Assembly (NCBI GenBank): GCA_047967505.1
Contig: CM106538.1
From: Dipteris shenzhenensis
Taxonomy: Eukaryota
Direction: 5' to 3' (one strand)
Length of the DNA stretch: 64,000 nt
The notes under the pieces were generated by a model that did no database searches, had not been told where the DNA came from, and saw only the letters and a program-made list of their open reading frames with translations. This document shows, piece after piece, positions 37,526 through 48,611 of this stretch. How positions within the stretch are numbered: the first letter of the stretch is position 1; each line of letters begins with the position of its first letter. The translations under genes were made by a program, and so were the position numbers.

Positions 37526-38513
37526 TGTTATGGATAAATTTGACCAAGGTAAAATATGTGTGTGTGCTTGTATGTGTGGCAATAGTATAATAAAATATGG
37601 TGTGCATAGGGCCCAGGGTTGAGGTGGCAGGGCATGACCATGTGCCACCCTTCCACGTAAGAGGACCCATAAGGTGTGTTGTACATAATCCATGGTAGTA
37701 ATATTATAAAATGTTAAGGTGGCATGGGTGCTCCATGTGCCACCCCTCCACCTAGGTGGTCCCATGCCTGAATTTAGTGAGACATGGCCCAAGGACCATG
37801 GGAGAAGTAATATGAAATAGGTGGAGATGGATATTATATTGGATTATTCCCTCCATGTAGGATAGGTCCATGTGGGGGGGTGTAGATAGTCCAAGAATGC
37901 AAGTTAAATAATGAGGAAAGTAGGATGACGTGACAAGATTCCTTGTGCCAACCCTCCACTTATCCTCCTAGATGTTTGAATGTATTATAAAATTGGGAAA
38001 GACCAAGGGAGTATCTTAGACTTGGGATATGGGGTTTGATTTATGTGGAAAAATGAGGCAAAGGGTTGTCGCACACAATTGAGAGTGTGTACCCAAGCCC
38101 ACATGGGAGATTCCTCCACACACACCATGCATGTGGGAGGATGCATTTATTGGGAGAGACCCCCTCTCTTGGCTATAAAAGGAGGGGGCTATTCCTTGAT
38201 GTGACACGCTCATTCTTGTAAAGCCACTAAGCTAGTACTTTGATTTCCCCCATCCTTCCTTTCAAATAAAGCATGACTCTCTTCTCTTGATGTCTCCATC
38301 TCTACATTCCACCTCCCATCATGTACATGCTCCTCTTCCCCCTCTCCCTTCCCCCTTGTGCCATAGTCTCCCTCTTCACTCCCACCCCTCTTAATCCCTT
38401 TTCCCCTCCCATGTTAATGCTTCCCCCCTCATGTTCCCTTTCCCCCATGGCCCTCAAGCATCGCCATGCCTAGCATCTAGCGGCATGCCTTGATTTCTTT
38501 TCTAGTTAATAGA
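37526..38513 (+). repeat. Gypsy 5' LTR
   Basis: Starts TGTTATGGATAAATTT, TATA CTATAAAAGG at about 38173, ends ...CTAGTTAATAGA. Direct repeat of 42434-43413. Confidence 0.92.
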
Positions 38514-38515
38514 AT

Positions 38516-38533
38516 TGGTGTGGCTGCTGGGAT
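38516..38533 (+). promoter_or_regulatory. Primer-binding site complementary to tRNA-His
   Basis: TGGTGTGGCTGCTGGGAT immediately follows the LTR. It is the reverse complement of the plant tRNA-His(GUG) 3' end ...ATCCCAGCAGCCACA-CCA as recalled. Confidence 0.8.
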
Positions 38534-41500
38534 ACGAGGTCTCCATAGCTAGTGGCATAAAATCCATAGACATTTGTTACTCCTATGACTGTGTGCGGTT
38601 CCACGGCATCTTTTGTGTATGATTCTCTATTTCTACACCTCTAATCTGTGACATATGTGCATCTTCTATGTGCGACTCTGCGGCATCTTCTGCTCATGGT
38701 TCTCTGTTTCTGTGGCTACAAAACTTCTCTCTTTCTGCGCCTCCAATCTGCGTGTCTTTTGCTCGCAGTTCCTGTGCATCCGTGCATCTTCTGCTCATGC
38801 TTTGCATCCGTGCATCTTCTTCTCGTGGCTACAAAACTCCTGCTCGTAGTTCCCGTGCATCCGCACGTAATGTTCAAAGATTTCCCTGACCTCTTCGCAA
38901 CTAGCTACCACCACCTTTGCCATGTGACTGCCATAGAACACAAGATAGAGTTAAAGCCTGATGCAAAGTCAGCATCATGCTTCCTCAACTAATAGCATTA
39001 AGCCCTAAGGTGAGACGTGAGCTACAACAAGGCCTCTCAACAAGGAAGAACAAGAAAAAGGAAAAGGTACGAGAGATTTCTTCCATCTTTGAAGAAGTTG
39101 ATCGGCACCTGCATATAGTAGATGTCATCATAGATAACTGCCATGTCAAAAGTGTGTGTGTTGATGGGGGAGCTGCATGTAATATCATGGTGCCCCATAT
39201 CATGAAGAAATTGAATTTTAAATGCACAAGGCGTTCCTCCACTCGAATCAAGGTAGTAGATGGTCGACGACTTGCCACCCTGGGAGTCATTGAGGATTTG
39301 CCCATCACTGTCAATGGGTTAACCACCACCGTTAGTTTCTATGGAGTGGACATTGAAGATACAGGCAGGAGTTACCCAGCCATATTTGGGAGGACATGGC
39401 TGAGAAAGAGTGATGTAGTTAGCTATTCGAAGATAGGACACATGTCTTTTGGTGCTTCTAAGGAGAAGATCCCGGTGCAACCAGGTGCCACTGAACCAGA
39501 ACAAGAGGAGGAGCAAGACAGTGATACTCTCTCATCCTCGATGTCTAAATCAATGGAAGAGTCAGACGGGGTGGAGGAGTTCTCAGAGGAGAAAGTTTAC
39601 ATGATGGGGGTGTCTCCGACCCCGCCACTTGCGGAAAAGGTCACAGCTAGTCCTCAACAGCTTGAATCTATGCTTTCCCCTAACCTCACTCCAAGTGAGA
39701 AAGATGAGTTCTTAGAAATGTTCAAAGATTTCCATGACCTCTTCGCAACTAGCTACCACCACCTTTGCCATGTGACTACCATAGAACACAAGATAGAGCT
39801 GAAGCCTGATGCAAAGCCCCAGTGGCTCAGAAGTATCGAAGATTAGGACCCCTACAGACTGATGCTTTGCGCTCAGAGTTGCAAAAACTTGTAGAAGCTA
39901 GGTTTATTGTTCCGATTCACAATACTGAATGGGTTTCATCAGTGGTAGTCACTCCAAAGAAAACAACAAGTGGCCGGTCTGCATCGACTATAAGAAACTC
40001 AATGTGGCCACCAAGAGGGACCATCATCATCTTCCCCTTCAAGATCTCATTCTTGAGAAGGTAAGTGGTCATGAGATGTATACTTTCTGTGATGATTACT
40101 CCAGGTTTTATCAAATCAGAGTTGCTGAGAAGGATGTGCTTAAAACTGTATTTGCCACACCTTGGGGGATGTTTGCATTCAAAGTAATGCCATTTGACAT
40201 CACCAATGCTCCTGCCACCTTTCAAAGATTTATGCAGATGGTGTTTGCTCCATATTTGGGGGTTTTCTTAGAGGTGTTTTTAGATGATTTCTGTATATTC
40301 TTGGCACATAAGGAGCACGTCATGAAGGTTAGGTTGGCCTTCCAAAGGGTCAATGATGCGAATGCCAGCCTCAACCCTGATAAATGCACCATTGGAGCCA
40401 CTCAAGGGAGGTTACTAGGACATATTGTCTCATCCGAGGGCATCAAGCCTAACCCCGAGAAGGTAGAATCTATCCTCAAGCTCTCCCCGCTAACAACCAA
40501 ACGTCAGGTACGCTCATTTGTCAATCTAGCAGGACACTATCACTACTTCATTGATCAATATGCTGCTTTGACGTGACCCATGACTATGCTATTAAAAGAT
40601 GGGAGTTGATTTCTCTTAAGATGAGGATTGTGATCATGGGTTTGTACAAGTCAAGAGTGCTCTAGCTTCAGAACCCATTCTACGCAATCCTAATTGGTCA
40701 AAGACTTTCTATATCAATCCTGGGTTTGGTGAGCACACTCTGGCAGGTATTCTTCTCCAACAAGGGGAGGATCGGTTCATGTATCCCATTCGATTTGCTT
40801 GTCAACAATTGCTCGAAACTGAACGACGCTACTCTAAGGCTGACAAGCATGCTTTGCCTTTCGTGTTCTGCATTGAGAAATTTAAGCATTATCTGGTTGG
40901 AAAGTCCATTATAATCTGTAGCAATTGTCTTGCAAAGCAAGTTCTTCAATCACCAAATCCCATGGGCTGGTTGGCCAAATGGTTGGCATTTTTACAAGAA
41001 TATGATTTTTCTTTCAAAATTGTAAAAGAGGGTTGTTCCAACTGGAAGAATGCTTTGATTTATTTAGAGGAGTGCCTCGATGTAACCCTTGTAGCGGCCA
41101 TAAAAGTTGGGGATCCATGGCATAGTGGTATCTATAGGTTTCTGGCCGCTTTCTCCTTTCCTCCAAAAAGTACTAGCTATGAGAGAAAGAAAATCCGCAA
41201 AGATAGTAGGTGCTACACTCTCTTTGATGGGGTGTTGTACCGTCAAGGCATGGATGGGGTACTGAGACGGGCCATTGATGCAGATGAAGTACCTAAGGTA
41301 CTGAAGCATTATCATGATGGATTTTGTGGAGGCCACTATGCCAATGACTATATAGCTAAGAAGATTTTACATGTTGGGTACTATTGGCCGACCTTGTTCA
41401 AGGATGTCACTTTGTATTGCAAAACCTGTGAACCATGCCAATTCTTTGGTAGGAAGGATTTGCGTCCTGGGCAACATCACCCAGTGATGTCCATCCATCC

Positions 41501-42433
41501 GTTTCAGAAGTGGGGAATAGATTTTGTTGGGCCCCTACCCATAACTACCCGCAAAAAGAAGTTAGTAGCCACTTAGTATGTCACTAAGTGGGCTGAAGCT
41601 ATCGCCCTCCCCACTACAAATGGTAAGGTAGTTTCAAATTTCATATTTGAATGTATCTGCACAAGGTTTGGGACACCCATGGAAATAGTATCTAACCATG
41701 GGAGTCCATTCTTAAATGAAGCAGTGGAGTTGCTCATGGATCGCATGGGTATTGATCATCGCACTTCTAGCATCTATTGTCCAGCATCCATGGGACAAAC
41801 GGAGCGGACCAATGGCCTCCTTTGTAAAACCATGGAAAAAATGGCCACAGGGAACAAGAGCCAGTGGGATCAGCCAGTGGGATCAGAAGGTCACTAAAGC
41901 CGTGTGGGCTTACAACATCACTCATAAAATGTCTACAGCTCACACTCCTTTTGAGTTGGTGTGTGGTACTGAGGCCGTTTTACCACTAGAAATAGAGATT
42001 TCGGCCTTGAGATTGGCACAAGAATAGAGGATGACAGAAAATGAACATGTAGAGGCCAGGTTGGTACAACTTGAGAAGTTAGATGAAACCCGATGCCTTG
42101 CCCTACATCAAATAGAGATCCAAAAATACCGACAAAAGGCCCAAAAATACCGACAAAAGCCCGCTTGGATGCTAAGATTTGCAACGGATGGGAAAGACAC
42201 TTTGCTGAGGGGGATGTTGTGCTATGCTTTGATAACAGATTGGACCACCAAATGGATAAAAAGTTCCTCCCATACAAAGTCATCAAGGAACATAGCAATG
42301 GGTTTGTACAAGTACAGGAGCTGCATGAGCCATATGGCAAGAAGGTGATCAACAAGCGTTATCTCAAGCCCTTCTTTGTTCGTGATGGTCCCAGGCATGG
42401 AAATGTTGTGCATCCCCTACCTGGGGGGGGGAC

Positions 42434-43413
42434 TATTATGGATAAATTTCACCAAAGTAAAAGGCATAAATATATGTGTGTGCTTGTATGTGTGGCAATA
42501 GTATAATAAAATATGGTGTGCATAGGGCCCAGGGTTGAGGTGGCAGGGCATGCATGACCATGTGCCACCCTTCCACATAAGAGGACCCATAAGGTGTGTT
42601 GTACATAATCCATGGTAGTAATATTATAAAATGGTAAGGTGGCATGGTTCCTCCATGTGCCACCCCTCCACCTAGGCGGTGCCATGCCTGCATTTAGTGA
42701 GACATGGCCCAAGGACCATGGGAGAAGTAATATAAAACAGGTGGAGATGGATATTATATTGGATTATTCCCTCCATGTAGGATAGGCCCATGTGGGGGGG
42801 GGGGTGGATAGTCCAAGAATGCAAGTTAAATAATGGGGAAAGTAGGATGAGGTGGCAAGACTTCTTGTGCCAACCCTCCACTTGTCCTCCTAGATGTTTG
42901 AACGTATTATAAAATTGGGAGGAAACCAAGGGAGTATCTTAGACTTGGGATATGGGGTTTGATTTATGTGGAAAAATGAGGCAAAGGGTTGTCGCACACA
43001 ATTGAGAGTGCGTACCCACCTAGCCCACATGGGAGACTTTTCCACATACACCATGCATGTGGGAGGATGCACCGATTGGGAGAGACCCCCTCTCTTGGCT
43101 ATAAAAGGAGGGGGCTATTCCTTGATGGGACACGCTCATTCTTTGTAAAGCCACCTAGCTAGTACTTTGATTTCCCTCCATCCTTCCTTTCAAATAAAGC
43201 ATGACTCTCTTCCCTTGATGTCTCCATCTCTACATTCCATCTCCCATCATGTACATACTCCTCTTCCCCCTCTTCATTCCCACCCCTCTTAATCCCTTTT
43301 CCCCACCTATGTTAACGCTTCTCCCCTCACGTTCCCTTTTCCTCCATGGCCCTCGAGCGTCGCCATGCCTAGCATCTAGCCTCATGCCTCATTTTCAATT
43401 CTAGTTAATAACA
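42434..43413 (+). repeat. Gypsy 3' LTR
   Basis: Follows the G-run PPT. Starts TATTATGGATAAATTT and ends CTAGTTAATAACA, abutting (CA)n/(AG)n repeats. Confidence 0.92.
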
Positions 43414-43577
43414 CACACACACCAAGAGAGAGAGAGAGACAGAGGGTTGGAGGGGGGAGAGATAGAGAGAGAAACACACTGCTATGACTGTCACACACAC
43501 ACACATACACACACAAGCAAGAAAATGTTTTTAAGATAGATAGAGAGAGAGAGAGAGAGGTAGACTAGAGAGGATAA

Positions 43578-43619
<42 letters not shown>

Positions 43620-43620
43620 G
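43412..43620. repeat. (CA)n, (AG)n and (GT)n microsatellites
   Basis: Directly visible. Confidence 0.9.
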
Positions 43621-44692
43621 GAAATATATTTTGATCCATTTTCTATTACATTAAAGAACTGAAAAGTCTTGTATTACAACTTTAGAAAACACATGTCTTT
43701 GTGTAAGTATATATCTATCACTTGTCTATTACACCATTAGAGAGAGCAAATGTCCTCGAAAGTGCCTACTATCACATTGGCTTTGTGAAAACAAGCAGAC
43801 TTTAAATCCGCAAACCATTCATCACCAGGATTGGCATCTATAATCTCATCATAGGCTCTCCTCACAAGCTACTTCGAGGCTTCTTCCGACTTATAAGCAT
43901 ACAATAGCTTCTCTTTTCACCCCTAGATTTCCTCATCTTCACCTTTTCGTTCAATACAGCTTCTAGCCACCGCCATATCCTGTACAAAAATTTAGCTCAT
44001 AAGCATCAGAGTTACGTGATTCAATGAAACAAAAAAAAAAGCTAGAAATATTCATCTCTTTTGCTGAGTTCAATTCAAGCAGCCACGTCCGTAACATATC
44101 CTCCTCGAATGACTTTCTGCTCATGGGTCCATATAAAAGGTATTTAAGACAAAATTTCAGTTTGATAAATGTAGTCATGTAGTAATTGGCCATCTCTGGG
44201 AAGGAAAGTGAGGGAGCAATAGTGAGGGATGGACAGTGAGCTACCCCAGCTTTGAGAGTGATGAAAAGTGAGGATCTCTTTGAGGCAGTCCTATCCTCGA
44301 TCACTTTTTGTCAATTCTTTATTTCAATTTTTGTATAATTTATGTCCTAGATCACTTTCCTTCAGCTTTAACACTCGTTTTTTTCAAGATATGGACATCA
44401 ATCCTTTCCAACTTCTATAGATCCACCTCCTAATTTTTTTGTAGAAAGAGAGAGAGAGAGAGGAAAAGAGGAGGAATCTGGTTCGTGAAGCAGAGAGAAA
44501 GAGGTGGAGTGACAGAGAGGGGAAGAGGAGGAATTCTCTTCATTTGGTCGAATCCGTCTCACTCAGGTGTGATCCAGTTTGGCCTACTGTCGAAGTTTCT
44601 GAAGGTGCCTTCTCTCTTTCTCTCACTCCCTTTCCATCCCCTTCGTTTTTTAATGTGTTTTTTAACATTACGATGTATTTTCATAGGTTCCA

Positions 44693-47300
44693 ATGGCTCC
44701 AACTGAACATGATTTAAAAACATATTTAGAACAACTATATCTCCAATACAGAGACATTGTCCGGCACTGTTTACACTTTAGCACTTGGAATCAAAGATCC
44801 TAGCCAATTAGATAATTATGGAAAGCATCATTTGATTAGGTTTAGAGAGCCGCTTCTACTAGATTCTGAGGCTAAACAGATCAAAGGAGAGCAGCTCGAT
44901 GTAAAAGAAGTACAAGAGTAAAGTCAAATATATTGTATTGTCAAAAGTTACAAAGGACACAAAGTCCTACAAGAAAAGATAGCTCAGAATTTGTACTGAT
45001 TTTTTCTTGAAAATATTACAAAGGTTTCCATAAGGTTTATAAATCTCCACAAGGTTTCCAACTCCATCAATCCACTTGTGAGTCACAAAGACCTTTGACT
45101 ACCTCTACTCTGCGTGTTTCTGTGCAGCTGTTGAATTATCAAGGATCTGCCTTCTTCTTTTCTTTTGTGCCATATTAAAGGCAAGTTTAACTTTTGACAA
45201 TGAAACTTTTTTATGGTTTTGCAACCTTTGAAGTATAGCTCTAAAAAACCATTGAAATACTTCTTTGAGACTATTTGCCTTATGTGCTCCTCCAAAATGC
45301 TATGTATGTAAAAAAAAAGCATTTCTTGCTGTGTAATGAGACTTTTCCATTCCTTGTGTGGACCATATTGTAGGGCAGCCATACTTTTTAACAAAATATG
45401 GATGGTGGTTATATAGAATATGCTACAATCACAAAAAATATTAAGTCACTATTTTGTAAACCATGTTTGAAAGTACAAACTATGCATATATTGCAGCTTG
45501 TCCATGCTTGTTTCATTGATTTTCCAAAAGTTTTAAGCTCCTCTTCTGCACGATGATTGCTCTTGGTCCATGTCTTTTTGTCACAAAGCTAGAAAAGCTT
45601 GTCTAAGCATTTCCATACATCTGGTTTAACATTTCGAGCAACACCATCTGCCATATCATCTTTAACTGTATTATGCACATGCTTCCAAAGGGGAACTCAA
45701 GAGCAAGAAGAAAATATGACAAGCCTCAAGGTGGTGAGAGACAAATATGTCCACTACACTTCCATCATTTTTCATCCTCTTGAAGTGTCCATGAGGAGAT
45801 GCTTGAAGTGTGCATTGCATGTGAGCATGGAGAGTTGACTTATGAAGATCCTTTGTTTATCTCAAGAAAGTCAAAGGTGATGGATAAGAAGGAGTTGACC
45901 GCAAGGATGTGGAGACCTCTAAAGTACCTACCTAACAAGTATGCATCCATGGCAGCCCATAAGCTTTTAAAGAAAGAATGGTTTTTCAGAAAGAAAGAAA
46001 AAGACCACTGCTTGGAGGAATGCATCAATGTATAGGTGAGGCGTGATACAGCGAATAGTGCCATTAAGTATTTGTTAACAGAGAAAGACATCCCACTTAG
46101 TCATTGTAACATTGACTATAATGTTGTTAAGCATATAGCATCTTTGTCAACAACCAAGATAAAGCTATGGGCAAACAAGTGGATAAAAAAGGATGAAGAT
46201 GGGTCACAAGTAGTAACCTCTTACATGAGAAAAGAAATCCCACAACAGGTGGTTGCATATGTGGAAAGATTGATCAATGAGATAAGGATGCCAATAAATA
46301 TGCACCAAAGCTTTCAGTTCAGTGTAGAGGTTACGTCAGAGTCTAGAAATCTTGTGGACTATAGGGGAGTTTTAGAAGATGACTTCATCAAGAATGAGTC
46401 AGCATGGGACAAGCCATAACTATTCTTCATCAATGAAGTTTCTAGTGATGAGATCCATAACTTCATTGATAGAATAGTATATACTACCATTAGCAAAGTG
46501 GCAATTTGCAACATTGTCATTTTTATTGATAAACAAGACAAAGAAGCCATGTAGGTTACTCTAGAGCGAGCATATTCTTCAGCTTTGAAGATCTATAGTA
46601 CCGTGTTTATGCAACAAAGAGAGGCAAGAGAGAATGTGGCATAGCGATTCAATATCTTGAATCATTTTCTTGTGTATGCGGAGTCCCAACCTTGATCACT
46701 CCCTACAAAAGAACATAAGAGGGAATTCAAAAAGTTTTCAATTGATGCTAAAAGAGCAAGATATTTCCAAGTCCATACATTATAAAAAAAACAACTACGG
46801 AAGTCCTGCAAAAAGTGGGAGTCTCCTGCTTACCATGGTGAAGACTTTGTTGTCGACAGGTTGGGAGGTCACCTTATGCAGGATGGGATATTTATTTGAG
46901 GATCTCCTCAGAAAAGGAAACTCCACAAATATTATTGAAAACAAGCATTTCATGGCCTATTTTCAACTTCAAGTGGATCTAACCCCACAAGTTATGAAAA
47001 AGAGGTAGAGCACAAGGAGACTGATGACATGGATGATGACCTCAAAGATCATAATGTCCCACATGATGATGATGAAGAAATGGACTCACATGACTTGATC
47101 AGAGTACTTAGTGGTATGAAATCTCTATTTCTCAGTTAAATACCATTTTTTAAATAATATTTAACTTTAAAGATAATGAATCTAATCTTTCATGTTTGTT
47201 TGTAGGCAATAGAGGGAGAAGAAATGGATGAAGTCAATATGGAGACACTCCCTTCTACTTCAGCAGTGCAATCACCTCTAACTTTGGTTGAAGAATCCCA
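44693..47300 (+). pseudogene. Decayed long ORF of unknown function, probably transposon-borne
   Basis: One long frame runs 45799-46600 with only sporadic stops (MLEVCIACEHGELTYEDPL...RRDTANSAIKYLL...). There is an upstream frame from ATG about 44693, apparent GT-AG introns (about 45024-45127 and 47130-47204) and an acidic tail. Confidence 0.45.
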
Positions 47301-47847
47301 TGAGTAGAAGAGCCTTAAAGACATGATAAAAAAGTAGAATAACCACAAACATAGAATACAAGCTATGACATAGACCCATTCTGCAAATTTCGCTACATTG
47401 GATAAAATGGGAAGCTCTTTGAAGTTAGGGCCATTTTGAAACAAGAAGCTCAATATTTGAGATTTGGTAGAGAGGAGGTTTCAATCCTCTCCAAATAGGT
47501 TAATGACAATGCTATCTTGGCCATCCTCAAGTTTGATACTATCTTTTTTTTGGTTGCTACTTCAATCTTTTAATTAAATCTAATGATCTAACATTTGTTT
47601 ATTTGTTGGTGCAGTGTAGTTATATCTCTGTGAGTATTATATCAAAGTCTAAACCCCAGCACCAAAGTAACTGCCATTATTAGCAATAGTTCCACCCAAG
47701 CTGATCAGATAGGATTTTGGTATAAGAGAAGATTGGAATATATTGATTTCCAACCCAGGTACTTTAGGTGGCCTGAATGATCATTAGCAAAAGGAAAGAA
47801 ATTTTTCATTAAATAGATCCATAAAGGATCAAATGTTTGGTATTGTT

Positions 47848-48515
47848 TCATGTCAATCTATAATTATTCCCAGGATGTTTCGAGTCACTGGATAACCTCC
47901 TAAATTCCATCATCTTTTTATTGAGAGCTTCACGTTGGAGAGAAACCTCCTTCAAGTAATCGTTATTGCCATGGACCTTATCGAGTACAAAACCACATAG
48001 ATATATCACGTGTACATTGTAGTGATGTATCAATACCTCACCACGTTCCGACAACTTACTGGCCTTCTTGCGCTCCAAAGACCGTACAATCTAGTTCAAG
48101 AAGAATTTGAAGTGCTCAGTCAGAATTGGGTGGCAGACCCTGTGATACTCTTTATCGATCATTCCAGGATATATGGAGTACTTTTCATCCCTAAACTCGC
48201 TAGGACTAGTGTCGACAAACTCTTCAAGGCTAAACGCCATCTTAAGGAGATCCGTTAGCTTCAAGGTATTGTCACTGTATGAAATGGTCTTAGGGTTCAT
48301 GTAGTGAGGGCAGACTAGTTGCATTAGGTTCTTCAACAGGAAGATGTTTACCAGGCTTATAGGATGACCAAGTGACTCAAAGAGTGTCTCTTTGTATAGA
48401 TCTAGTAGCTTCAAAGACATGGTGTGATTTGTTATGAAACAATCGTGCACTGTATAGATCTGCTTATTATCATTACCGTGGAGAAGCAGGAACTTGTTAA
48501 CCAGGTTAATGTTGA
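47848..48515 (-). pseudogene. C-terminal fragment of a phage-type single-subunit RNA polymerase, mitochondrial linear-plasmid type
   Basis: QIYTVHDCFITNHT (motif C, HD) followed by LGHPISLVNIFLLKNL, resembling plasmid RNAP IYTVHDNFIT...GPPLxIINxFI. One frame break at about 48080-48090. Confidence 0.75.
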
Positions 48516-48611
48516 TCAGAGTGTCTTTTTAATGCGTGAATTTGGCGAAAGTGGCTAACTTTGACTTAATAGCATTCCTTTCTGGTGTAAAAACGTTCAA
48601 TACTTTGCATG

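Larger units (their letters stand above)
37526..43413 (+). mobile_element. Ty3/gypsy (non-chromovirus, Athila/Tat-like) element with two LTRs; gag deleted
   Basis: LTRs at 37526 to about 38513 and 42434-43413. PBS at 38516-38533 and G-rich PPT at 42423-42431. Protease VDGGAACNIM, RT CIDYKKLN...MPFDITNAPATFQR...FLDDF, RNase H, integrase HDGFCGGHY...CEPCQ and WGIDFVGPLP. Confidence 0.95.

Noticed and set aside
37521-43418. TSD for the gypsy element
   Set aside because: The left flank AATAT does not match the right flank CACAC, so no TSD is claimed.
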